Source of the DNA: Haliotis cracherodii
Lineage: Eukaryota
Length of the DNA: 64,000 nucleotides
Assembly: GCF_022045235.1 (NCBI RefSeq)
Contig: NW_027266308.1
Coordinates: 53,816,001 to 53,880,000 of the forward strand
Direction: 5' to 3'
The notes below the pieces were generated by a model. The model was not told where the DNA came from. It saw only the letters and a list, made by a program, of their open reading frames with translations, and searched no databases. The translations under genes were made by a program, and so were the position numbers. Below are positions 1 through 12,600 of the stretch, piece by piece. The number at the start of each line of letters is the position of its first letter. The first letter of the stretch is position 1.

Positions 1-191
1 AGGAATATATATGATATATGGGGCAAATATACGCGAATCATTACGTAACAAGTTGACACTTGTTTTAGCGATACCCGTTTGCGCTTAGACGGAACCCAGT
101 CTCAAAAATGGCCACGGGAGAGGCACGAGTCGCGATTCGGCTTGTCCGGGAATAACACGAGTTGGTCACGAATGCAATAGCAATAACTCAC

Positions 192-1911
192 CTATCAGTG
201 CTCTGTTCATTTTCACCCAGCGCGTCACACACACGGCGTCGTCCAGACACGCCGGCAGTTTGTTCTCTGGAGCAAGTCTGTACTCCACACTCACTACTGT
301 GCAAGGAGTATCCCTGTGTGAACACAATCACGTGTAATTACTATAAAACTCAGTATACTACGATTTATCAGAGACACTTTATGTTGCCTTTTTTAACTGA
401 ATTAAGAAATACGTAGCATTGATATATTTAATATCAATTCGTCCCCAGCAATTGTGTAGTATCAAGAAGTGAGGTTGTTTTAATGCCGCTTTCGACTGTG
501 TTTCAGTTATACCAGTATATTCAGTGTCAGCTTGATCCGGGAGGCAGCAGTTGTATTTTAGACAGCCATGCGTCCTCGATTGTCCAGTGTATATTTGTCA
601 AGCATATATTTCTAAATCAGTGAGTGAAGTTTTAGAATGCTTGAAACAATATTGCAGCATTTTTAATCAATATTAAAGTATTCTTGTAATAGTATTGCAG
701 CATTCTTTAAACAATATTGCAGTATTTTTGTAACTATTGCAGTATTCTTGTAACAATATTGGAGTGTTCTTTAAACAATATTGCAGTGTTCTTTTAACAA
801 TACTGAAGTATTCTTGTAACAATATTGCAGTATTCTTGTAACAATATTGCAGTGTTCTTCAAACAATATTGCAGTGTTCTTGTAACAATAAGACAGTGTT
901 CTTGTAATAATATTGCAGTAATCTTTTAACAATATTACAGTATTTTTTACACAGTATTTCAGTATCCTTTTAACAATATTGCAGTATTCTTGTAACAATA
1001 TTGCAGTGTTATTTAAACAATATTGCAGTATTCTTTTAACGATATTAAAATATTCTTTTAACGATATTGCAGTATTCGTTAAACAATATTGCAGTGTTCT
1101 TTTAACAATATTGCAGTGTCCTTTCAACAAAATTGCAGTATTCTTGTAACAATATTGCAGTGTTCTTTCACTGCAATATTGCAGTGTTCTTTAAACAATA
1201 TTGCAGTGTTCTTTTAACAATACTGAAGTATTCTTGTAACAAAATTTGAGTGTTCTTTTAACAACATTGCAGTGTCCTTGCAACAATATTGCAGTATTCT
1301 TTAAACAATATTGCAATATTCTTTTATTACTATTGCAGTATTCTTTAAACAATATTGCAATATTCTTTTAACAATATTGCAGTATTCTTTAAACAATATT
1401 GCAATATTCTTTTAAAGATTTGCAGTATTCTTTAAACAATATTGCAGTTTCCTTGTAACAAAATTGCAGTGGCACCAGGCCAATGGGCGCGGAGACGAGT
1501 ACACGTGTGGACAAATTTACACTTGTCTTGAAAATCCTCATTGTGTCATTGTGTACACGATTGATACATTTGCATGAATAAATAACTACTCATATCTTAA
1601 ATATGTATGTTCACATATGTCTACAGCAGCTCATGTTTAGTCTTCACTGAAAGGAAATAAGAGATTAGCTGCGATGTAAACATAAAAGTGTTTATTTTTC
1701 CTTCAAATACATCTCGGACAGGGCCTGCCGGGCGCTAAACGACACTGAGCCTCACTTCCTGCATAGCGACCTATATGTAATACAACTAGGTGGTTTATTG
1801 GGAAAGGATCTGCTTCCCGAAAGGGGCTGAAGCTCAGCCTCTCCCCCTGGATAAGATTGATGATGTGTGTAGTGTGTGGACTGTGTGATTTCAGTGTAAG
1901 TATTCAGATGG

Positions 1912-1961
<50 letters not shown>

Positions 1962-3794
1962 AACATATAACGATCGGAATATGGTCTCTGCATAGATACA
2001 CACACGACCGCATATGCACACACACAGACACACAGACACAGTCTACTGTCTCACCTGGCGAGGGATCTGCATGTACTGTCTACATTCCCACCTGACGAGG
2101 GATCTGCATATACTGTGTACTGTCTCACATAGCGATGGTTCTGCATATACTGTTTACTGTCTCACCCTGCGAAGGTCCTACATTTACTGTATAACATCTC
2201 ACCTGGCGAGGGATCTGCATATACTGTCTACTGTCTCACCTGGCGAGGGATCTGCATATGCTGTCTACTGTCTCACCTGGCGAGGGATCTGCATATACTG
2301 TCTACTGTCTCACCTGGCGAGGGATCTGCATATACTGTCTACTGTCTCACCTGGCGAGGGATCTGCATATACTGTCTACTGTCTCACCTGGCGAGGGATC
2401 TGCATATACTGTCCACTGTTGCCCGTGATCCTACGACGAAGCCCCCACCATGAAAGTAGACAACGACGGGGGCTTCTGGGGGACATTTCGTTGTTCTGTA
2501 GACGCTCACTGGTATGCTGTCTGGGAAAATGGCCATGGATGAAGTGGGTGACGTTTAACGACGTTCAGTAAAACAACATCTGTATCACGGCGGCAAGTAC
2601 AGAATCGGGCCAGCCAGTGATTGATAGTATGAGCAACGATAAACCAGGTGACACCGTGTTGCCACATGACCCCATCTCTCGACTGTTACGACAGGTATGG
2701 CCGGGGTGCTTCCTAGATTTTGTTCACCGGAAATATGACGAGGGTGCGATGACGGAGTGCAGCTAACCCGCGTGTCGATGTGAGAAAACACGCTGCTAGT
2801 GTATTGTCACACAAAGTAGTTTACAGACTCCCACGGTGTAGAGGTCGTCGAGGGCGTCGTCGGATGCACATGAGTGGGAAATAACAACACAGTTCATGCG
2901 TGCATATTGTCCACTTGCACAGCACAGTCAGCTTGTACGATATGACGCACTGGCTGTCCTACCTGTGAGAACAGTGCTTACATCCAAATGCAACACGTTT
3001 GTGAAGTGTATTGAGACAATACACATTACGAGGCTAACGTCGAATAATGCTTCAGGGACAACAAGTAACATTTATAAATACTTGCGTAAGGATGTTTCTG
3101 TGGGCATTGACAATGTACATACAAAGCTAAAATCGAATAATTTAATAGTGTTGGCTAGTACTTAATCTATCACTACATAGGTAAGGGTGCATTAGGACTA
3201 TACATATTATGGGACTATCATCCAATAATTCTACAGGTATAAGCAGTAGTCTTTTATTTTTGTTTGAGGGACAATACACATACAAGGTTAATATCCAGTA
3301 TTTCAACAGAGGTAAGCAGTAATTTAACAAATACTTGTGTAAGGTGTATCTGTTGTGACAATACACATACAAGCTAACATCGAATAATGCATCAGGGATA
3401 ACCAGCAACATATCTTATAAACATATTTGTCTAAAAATCCCTGTATTTTTTTTTTCACGCTTCAATCGTTCATTGTTATCGGTTTATCAATAAAAAGGCT
3501 TTTACTTTCACACAGCAGCAGATGTAATCAGTGCGCCGAGTCGTACTCCGTTCACGTGGTTGACCTACCTTGATCCGCAGGTGACGGAACCCTAAACTCT
3601 TTGATCTGACCGTCAAACTCAACTTCACCCCCGAACAACTTGGCTGTTATCAGTCCCGCCTCCCGAGCATCGGGGGGTGTCAGCTCGATTATGGGCCGGT
3701 CCTTCCGACCCTCCAGGATTCGGAAATAATCCAGAGTTTCCTCGTGAATGTCATACTTGAGACCCGCTTCACCCCACGCCTCGACTGTAGACAT
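192..3794 (-). CDS. HSL-family (family IV, alpha/beta hydrolase_3) carboxylesterase, paralogue 2; 5' part only (exons 1-3), gene continues beyond the left window edge
   Basis: Exons 3794-3569 ([11 protein letters not shown]...SPADQ), 2520-2388 (DSIPVSVY...[14 protein letters not shown]...RSLAR) and 313-192 ([20 protein letters not shown]...RALI). All GT-AG with matching phases. Exon lengths 226/133/122 nt equal those of paralogue 1. HGGG oxyanion-hole and YRLAPE motifs are diagnostic of the family. Confidence 0.9.
640..1470. repeat. Minisatellite, ~21-22 bp unit (aacaatattgcagtattcttt), in intron 2 of esterase paralogue 2
   Basis: Tens of tandem degenerate copies visible; each unit contains the palindrome caatattg. 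Confidence 0.95.
1912..1958. repeat. (CA)n microsatellite
   Basis: Direct sequence. Confidence 0.95.
2040..2412 (-). repeat. 37-bp tandem repeat derived from the exon-2 3' end plus splice donor of esterase paralogue 2
   Basis: Unit actgtctactgtctcacctggcgagggatctgcatat, about 10 copies, most conserved next to the exon and decaying into the intron. Confidence 0.92.
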
Positions 3795-4250
3795 GCTGGT
3801 CCCGTCCCGTGTCTTATACAGGGATGTGATATGACTTATCTATTCCGGAGTGAGGTATACAGCCCTGATCAGCTACGTGTGACCTTGCCTTGTCGCCACC
3901 TCCGGGACTCTCCCGACTCTTCTATCGCTAGGCCCTTTTTACACGCTTCGAAGCAGATATATATATTTTCACTCCATATATAGAGCAGCGACAGTACACG
4001 CCGACTGGTTATCAGTCGATGCGTGATAAGGCGTTGTAAGCACTTATAAATACAACATGACTTGTACACGTAGTGTCCCTGTATCAAGTCAATTACTGTA
4101 TATAACATACACACTGTGGTGTTATACATGCGTTTTGTATGATATTTGGCAATTATAAACAAATAAAATTTACCACTTAGGTTCATCATGAATTGTACAT
4201 TAAACACGGCTCTGCTAATAAGTCATGAAACAACATAGCTGGGAAATCGA

Positions 4251-4253
<3 letters not shown>

Positions 4254-4302
<49 letters not shown>
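4254..4302. repeat. (GA)n microsatellite
   Basis: Direct sequence. Confidence 0.95.
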
Positions 4303-4304
<2 letters not shown>

Positions 4305-4508
4305 ATTATTGAGCATTATTTGAAGCAATCACCATAAATAATACCAATTCTTCCCACACCACCTCGCAACCCCAGTACTAAATGGCTGGTTCCAGATTTC
4401 ACCCGGAGTAAATAGATATGTCGTCATAACCCGTCTCACAGCAGAGGAAATGTGAAAGTTGCATGATGATGACTGGAAGGTGTCCGAAGTCCTCGCTCTG
4501 AAGTAAAT

Positions 4509-4728
4509 ATGTGTGCAGTATTCTAGAAGAAAGCCTGACTATTTTCTTGCATACGTCTGTGTAGGTGTGTGTGCAGTATTCTAGAAGAAAGCCTGACTAT
4601 TTTCTTGCATACGTCTGTGTAGGTATGTGTGCAGTATTCTAGAAGAAAGCCTGACTATTTTCTTGCATACGTCTGTGTAGGTGTGTGTGCAGTATTCTAG
4701 AAGAAAGCCTGACTATTATACGTCTGTG
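4509..4728. repeat. ~58-bp tandem repeat, ~3.7 copies
   Basis: Unit gtgtgcagtattctagaagaaagcctgactattttcttgcatacgtctgtgtagg repeated nearly perfectly. Confidence 0.93.
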
Positions 4729-4959
4729 AGATTATCCTTAAGATCCGAGGTTGTTACAAATCCGGGCCCAGGTCACGGTAACCCCAATACTTAGCAGGTA
4801 TATTCTCAGGTTCGTTTATGCACCTCCAACAAACTTGAAATTGTGACACTGTTGGTCTGAGGGCCATGCCAGTTGTATACAGGAGAACCTGGCGACATCA
4901 AACATACCTTTACCCGTCATAAACCTGATATTTAGATGTCTCGATGATGACGTCCATGA

Positions 4960-5257
4960 GTGAGGTGAAATGGGGTTTACCGTCGCGTTCAAGATTATTG
5001 AAAATAGCGACGTGCATGCACGTGTGTGTGTATGTGACTAATACCGGCTTTATAGTGCCAGCCCACTATGCCTCAGTATAACATGAATACCCCACTCAGA
5101 ATACTGACTCCAGTTTTTGTTTTATCCCCTTAATGTCGGCCAGTGTGACACCAAGTACCATTTTTTAATGTATCTTAGTATGTCGCGGCCGGGGATCACA
5201 CCTCGAACTTCCCTCCTCCGGACAGCCGCATTATCCATTAGGCCACGGAGACGGCTG
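4960..5257 (-). mobile_element. SINE family C copy (related to the 54742-55100 element)
   Basis: Reverse complement matches the ...gctagcactataaa... body and aaaccccatttcacctcac tail of the copy at 54742. Confidence 0.7.
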
Positions 5258-6131
5258 CACAAAGGCAATGATAGAGTCCTGCTTTGCAACTACTCCGTGA
5301 AATCTGAACTTAGTGAATCGGTTTTAAACCCAAGTCACGCACGCATATCAATATCCTTTGTATGTCACAGGCCACTTTGTTCTTGTCTGCTACCTTGTTA
5401 TTTTACACCGCAATTTTCAAGATATATGACGCCGGCTTGAAAATAATTGAGTCTGGACAGGACAAACCCGTGATTGATATTATGTGCAACGTCTAACGCC
5501 ATAGGGGAAAGATGTCACATAATCCACCACATCACCAAACCTGATCACCCGATCCACGACAGGCATAGGTTGCCAAGGCCGTAGTTAACATTTTTTGACA
5601 GGGAGGGCAAATATCTGTACAAGTATCACTTGTCCCCAACTTAATTCAAATAAAACTGTTTTCTATAAAAAATCCAGGGGGGGCAACTGCTGACGACCAA
5701 TTCTAATCTAGAATGTGCACGGGGCGATTATCGTTCCTGACAGTGGGTTGTACGATGAGAAACAACAAAACTATAGGTAGTGGTTTGATCATTTGTTTAT
5801 GTATTTTATTACAAGTGATTGTGAACATGCATCTTGAGGAATTCTAGCTATGATCAGTGTCTGCTTACACTATAACAACTGCTTTGAGACAGGTCACATA
5901 TTATGGGGTGGGGGTGGGGGTGTCTAAGTTCTAAGACAAATATCAACTCGCCTCCCTACAATAAATGACCAGTCCCTTACGGCTGTACTGCGGTTCCGCG
6001 AGAGTTGCAGGGTAGTTTGGCAAAACATTGGCGCTTACAAAATGACCAAGGTACCTCTGTACGCTTGTTCTCGTATCGTACCGGTCTGGTACTGCAAAGA
6101 TATGACGAACATTATAACGGAAAAAGAGATA

Positions 6132-6503
6132 CCGTATTCGACTAAATAAGCTCCCGGGTCGCTCTCAAAAATCTCAAAAAGGAGGAGGCTCTTATTAGAA
6201 TATAATTTTGGTGAGAAAAAACAGAGCTGAAAGATCGTAAATTTCGTGGTTTATGCTGACAACCTGAAATGATACAAAAGAAAAGTATGTGCGTATCATA
6301 CACGACAGATATATTTTTCAGAATTTAATTGCCCATATAATTAAGGGTGCATATAACACACGAGTGCGTATTTTACACGAATAAATAAGTCCTGTGTACA
6401 TCAATCGGAAGGGGTGCTAATTGGGATTGTTCTCTAGCCAATATAATACCCAATATTGCCGCGGGCTCTTATTAAAGCGGGGCGCTTATTACGTCAAATA
6501 CGG
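6132..6503. mobile_element. MITE, Tc1/mariner-pogo type (TA-flanked, CCGTA termini)
   Basis: TA|ccgtattcgactaaataagctcccg ... gggcgcttattacgtcaaatacgg|TA imperfect terminal inverted repeats. Confidence 0.75.
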
Positions 6504-6615
6504 TAAGTACTTGTGAGCAATAGCGTACATTGTCTGCTCAGTTAAGAGTCACGGGCCCTATATTTGTTTTCTGCCTGTATCCCTTCATGGAGCTTCGTGG
6601 TTTTGATCCTTTTTC

Positions 6616-9600
6616 TCAGTGACTAAATTTGCGGATGAACCTTGTAACAGCTTCGTAGGACAAACGGCAGTTCACTTCATAGTTTCCTAAAAACGATAAA
6701 AGGACGTGATGATAACAATGTATTTACCTGATTAAAGCTCTAAATCAGAACAATATGCGATATAGTTTGAAAGTGATAATACATTTTTTATTTGATTATA
6801 AATGATTCTGGTTATCCCAAATAAAGATGATGAGGTCGTTATAACCGTAACATTGTCGCATCACAAACTGAGCGAGATGCTACAGAGCATGGGTCTTAGC
6901 CTTTCTATAGAGTATAAATTCAGAGGACCTTGACCTTCTTCTTAACCAGTAACGACAACGTTGTTTCATAATGCATGACTAGGGCAGATTGATGGAACAA
7001 TTGACACGTCTGCCATTAAGAATTTAACGTCGTGCAGCGATAACGATGAATTGTATTCCCCTTTTATCAGATATATAGCGAATCCAAATCACCCTGAGAC
7101 GACACTGAGGCAATTATCTGTTCCGAGGAACTAGCAAGAAGTTTGCAAATTTGAGTTAGTGAAAAGGATAGATGGACGTTATCCGCACGCACCGTAATAA
7201 TCACATGCTGTTTATAATGTTAAGGTTTTCGTGATGGTGTCTACCTGTACAAGCTATTAACTGTTTAACTTATTACCTGGCATGTGGAAAAATGCATGGG
7301 GCGCCCCCTGGAGAGTGATGCAGTCAGTTGTAACGCCAGCAGACGATAATTTATCCCGATAGGCTATGGAAAGCATACACATCATTTGAAATATATATTC
7401 AAACTCACTGGGGCTTGTAACGCGAAAAATAGCAGCTTCAAGATATATGGCCACAACCAGTGCTTATATAAGAATCCTTTTATATAAAACCCTGTTTTCA
7501 AACTGAACTGAATTATATGATTATGACAAAAGGGCTTTGGCAGAAGAGTGTCATCGGGAAACTGTCAGATCAATACACACACCCAAATGTGTGAGACGCA
7601 CCATGTATATACAGGCAGGACATGACATAAGGTAAAACCAGCAAACAACTTCAGTCTGTTTAGGGACGCACCATTAAATAGTCTAGGAGTGAGTGAGTGA
7701 GTTTGGTTTAACGCCGCTTGTAACAGTTTTCCAGTTATATCACGGCGTGTCAGCTTAATGTGGGAGGAAAGCCCGAAGTGATGCAGGTCTCAGACGTTAT
7801 CCACTTCGGTGAAACCCACGAGCACGGGTATGGTGCTGACAAACCTAGAAACATAATCGGGGCGAACCGGGAAAATAGTCTAGGAAGACGCTTGGACACA
7901 AAATACAGAAACATTCTCTATGAAATATAATCATAATTTAATTTTAGATAATTTTCATGCGTTGTTCTATGACCTTTGTATTTTTGTTCATGAATCCCAA
8001 AGACTGAAGGTTTATGTCATTATTTGGCTAATAGCCAAGCTTAAAATCCGCTTTTTTGGTACACAGATACATATCAAGATTACTGTCGTTATTTAAGCAC
8101 GTAAGCTGACGTCCTTAATTCCCCGAGTCCGTATTGTTAGATCATGCACTGCACTTAAGTCACCTACCGTATCCACAATCTCTTAGAGGGTCCAGTTCTG
8201 CTATTACAAATATTGCCGGTGGCAGGCGACTGAAGTCTTTGTGTAGTAAGGGAGAGTAGCGGGGATCTTTCACTTCTTCAGGGGAGGAGAAGTGAAGGTC
8301 CTGGAACCTACAACAACCATACATGATGGAGAGGCAAACGTCAGACCTGCAGACATCAGAGAAGCAGAAAACAGTGACCAGCAGACATCAGAGATAAGCA
8401 GACGAAGTAAACACGCAAACATCAAACACAGGTAGACGACAGTGAGTCACAAATATCAGGGAGAGGAAGTCGACAGTGAATTGCGGACATCAGACACAGA
8501 CAGAAGACAGTCATCTGCAGACAGAGAGAATCAGACGAAAGTGACTAACAGACATCAGACACAGCCAGACGACAGTGATTTGCAGACATCAGAGAGAAGC
8601 AGACGACAATAAACACGTAAACATCAGACACAAGCAGACGACAGTTACTTGCAGACACCACAGAGAATTTATACGACAGTTACTCACAAATATCAGAGAG
8701 AGGCAGTCGACAGTGACTTGCAGACGTCAGAGACAGGCAGACGACAGTGATTTGCAGGCGACAGTAAACATGCAAACATCAGACATAGGTAGACGACAGT
8801 GACTTGCAGATATCTGAGATAAGCAGAAGACAGTGAATTGCAGTCACCAGAGAAAAGTAGACGACAGTGAATTGCAGTCATCCTAGAAAAGCAGACGACA
8901 TTGAATTGCAGACATCAGAAAGAGGCAGACGAGAGTAACTTGCAGACATCAGAGAGAAGCAGACTACAGTAACTTGCAGACATCAGAGAAAAGTAGGCGA
9001 CAATAAGATGCAAACAACAGACGAAAGTGACCAGAATACATCAGAAGCAGACGACAGATAACATCAAAAAGAAGCAGGTGACAATAACTTGCGGACATCA
9101 GAGAAAAGCACACGACAGTCACTGGCAGAAATCATACAGAAGAAGGCAATAGTGACTATAGCAAACATCTGAGAGAGGCAGACCAGACGCAGATATGAGA
9201 GAAAAGCACAGTCGTAAGCTAAAGTCAAACGTCAGTAACATGCAAACATTAAAGAGAGGCAGACACGCGGTTAATAATAACATTAGCTGGACCGAACTTA
9301 GGTGTTTACTAACGTGCCTAGTCTAAGGTTTGGTGCATCGGTTTGGTAACATTGTAAAACGATGATGTGGTACATCCTGCCAGGTCCTGGTCCCGTGAAG
9401 ATTCCGGGCCAGAATTGGTCTTCAGCAACCCATTCTTGTCGTAAAAGGCGACTAACAGGATCCGGTGGTCAGGCTCGCTGACTTGGTTGATGCATGTCAC
9501 TGTATCCTAGTTGCGCAGATCGATTCTCATGATGTCAATCACTGGATTGTCTGGTCCAGACTCGATTATTTACGGACCGCCGTCATATAGCTGGAATAGT

Positions 9601-12600
9601 GCTGAGTGCGGCGTTAGATAATAACAACAATAACAACAACCTGTCAAGTCCTGAATTTTTTGCTTAGAATTTGTCAGCTACTGATGTTTCAGCAAATATG
9701 GTTCACTGGATACGTGTAGCTGCTGCAACATTTCATAAGGATCCACGATGGTTACTGAGACTGGAAACAGAACATTGTGACCTGTCTAATTGTGTGCCCA
9801 CACCTAGTAATCCTGACGCGTGTACACTGCAAGTGCACAGGCCAAGCTCTGTGTGATAAAGGTGTACCATAGCGGACCTCCGTGATGCGGGTCCAATGTC
9901 CCGGATACAACGTAACACGCCATTCTATCATTGGCCCCTTCCCGACTTACCACTGAATCATGCTTTGGTTAAGTCCCGGTGTTGTGGCAAACTCGCCGAA
10001 AGATGGCTGTGAGCACGTGTGGTCCGTCATAGGGTACACTAGAACCTAAAACAAGACCAGTTCATCTACTTCCACTGTTTTATCTCATTGGTTCTGTAAG
10101 TATCAGGACAATACAGCCATGGTATATCTATACGGCCTTGGAAAAAGAGTTGGGGTTCTTCTTAAAATTGTTTGGCTCCTATTTTCGTCGAGTAGGGCTA
10201 TAGTTCTACCATACTTAAATAGCCATATATTCTAATTGTAACTGTGCTATGGAATGTGCGTACATATAATTACGGTAAATAGAGACATAATTAGAGCTCA
10301 TGCCTTTTGTATCATTTCAACATGGGGCGGTCGGGTAGCCTTGTGGTTAAAGCGGTCGCTCGTCACCCCGAAGACCAGGGTTCGATTCCCGATATAGGTA
10401 ACATGTATGAAGCCAATTTCTGGTGTCCACCGCCGCGATATTGCTATAGAATTGCTAAAAGCGGCGTAAAACCATACTCACTCACTAACTCATTTCAACA
10501 CTCCATCGAGCACTGCATCTGGCACTCACCTTGAAATCCGCATCGACCTTGAAATCCAACAGCTAAGTTGCTTCTCCTTCAACCCCAGCGAATCTTAGTG
10601 ATACTTGCCCCCGAAAACACCAGTGTCTCACCTGAAAGTCGAGATCTCGCACCTCTATTCGACTAGAGTTACTTGCCCCTGAATTTGCTCACCTGATTGT
10701 GATACACGGTTCCCCAAACACCAACTCCATTGGAGTTACCTGCCCCTGAATACACAAGCCTCTCACCTGGAAGTCGACGCTGACGTGGTGACAGACGGAC
10801 GCCGTCAGGTTTCCCCCTGCACTGTCTCCTCCAACACCAACTCCATTGGAGTTACCTGCCCCTGAATACACAAGCCGCTCACCTGAAAGTCGACGTTGAC
10901 GTGGTGGCAGACGGACGCTGCCAGGTTTCCCCCTGCGCTGTCGCCTCCAACACCAACTCGACTAGAGTTACTTGCCCCTGAATTTACAACAGTAGAGTTT
11001 TTAATTAGCTAAATATAAATATATTTCTTCCGACAATTGAGGCTTTAAAAAATACAACTTGAACAATAACGATAGAATATATAAAGGCTACAGGTTTCTT
11101 ACATTAGTACGTTAGGATTTGTACGGGGGAGAGTTTATACCGGGACACCGGCGACATAGCTGGAATGTTTCGGAGTGTTGTGTTAAACACCAAACAAACA
11201 CAATCAGACAGACTGTATAGAAGCTCTGGATAGAATCCATACAAGATTTTATATCTTAGGTGTGAATGTCAGTTTGTCGTCATTAGTAAATATTTTGTTT
11301 CGGGTGGAGTGGACAATTCGTGATGCCATGTTAATAAAATTACCATTGAGCACATACCTACGGGTGCTTTGGTGCGTTACGTGATGACAACATTGCAAAA
11401 GACAAGAACGCAAATATTAAAGATGAAGTAGATTTTTAAACTTCAGCTCCATAGTGATTGGAAACTCGTGGAGCCAGCTGGACACCTTGAGGCATAAATC
11501 TAAACTCCTTGTTTCTAAAGTTTCTTCAGGGGTTTTTCAAGTGAACAATTGACTTTCCTTTGCACGTGTTTGTGACGGTGTCACCGGTGGTAGCAGGATA
11601 CGGTAACCTTTTCGCTAACACCTACTTAGAAGTGATCCAAAAACACATTCTTATGATATAGTTGGAATTGTACAGTGGACTCTGCTTTTAGTAGATATTT
11701 CTTGTGATGATGGAAATGGTTTTTGTCACTTTTATTTTATATGTTGTCTTATTCTGACAATGAAACACGCGTTATATCATTACTTCTTACAATCATCTAG
11801 ATTGTCAAAGACAGCAGAAATCAATTAATATGAATACATATAATCGTACATCTTCCCAAGGCAAGGGAGTTAACTGACTATAAAAGTCCAGTTTCCACCC
11901 TTGCCGAACTAGGCTGGAATTCCTGGGCTCGACCGTAGCGCCACCAATGGTTATTACGAGTGATGTTCCTTCTAAGCCTCTTCTATGGACCAATCAGATT
12001 CCACCTCTCGTATCACTTGCATTTGTTTCAAACAAAATGGTGGCGCCCAGTCAAAACGATCTGATTGATAATCAAGATCTATATTGTGATAAAACGGGTC
12101 TTACATAGCGAAGTGCATCAAATCACGTGAGCACCTTGATTAAAAACATGAAAAGACTTGGAAAATATCTGTTGACAACGAGTTGGCGGTGCATATGCTT
12201 TGCAAATCCTGCAATCGACAGAAATCTGCACGACATTTTACAAACCGGATTTCGATTTCGGTGAGCCATTTTGATTGGACTATGCATAGACTCGTAAGCA
12301 CAGCCAAAATGTAACTCCATAATACCAGCCTAGTTCGGCAAGGGTGGCAACTAGACTTTTATAGTCAGTTAACTCACTTGCCTCGGGAAGATGATAATCG
12401 TTATATGTTTGGAGTAAATTAGAAAGTTTGCTTTTACGCCGCATTTAGCAATATTCCAGCAATATCATAGCGGGGACAACAGACATAGCCTTCACACATT
12501 GTACACATGTGGGGAATTGAACCCAACTCTTCAGCACGTCGAGCGAACGCTTTATCCACTAGGCCACCAACAACACTTTTGAGTAAATGAAAAGTATTTA

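Noticed and set aside
771-1130. 119-aa repetitive ORF
   Set aside because: Translation of the 21-22 bp minisatellite; no coding signal.
2014-2571. 185-aa plus-strand ORF
   Set aside because: Arises from the 37-bp repeat and the antisense of esterase exon 2.
10324-10400. tRNA gene-like sequence (A/B boxes), also at other copies
   Set aside because: Heads of multi-copy SINEs continuing into a shared body and tail; no intact cloverleaf or terminator.
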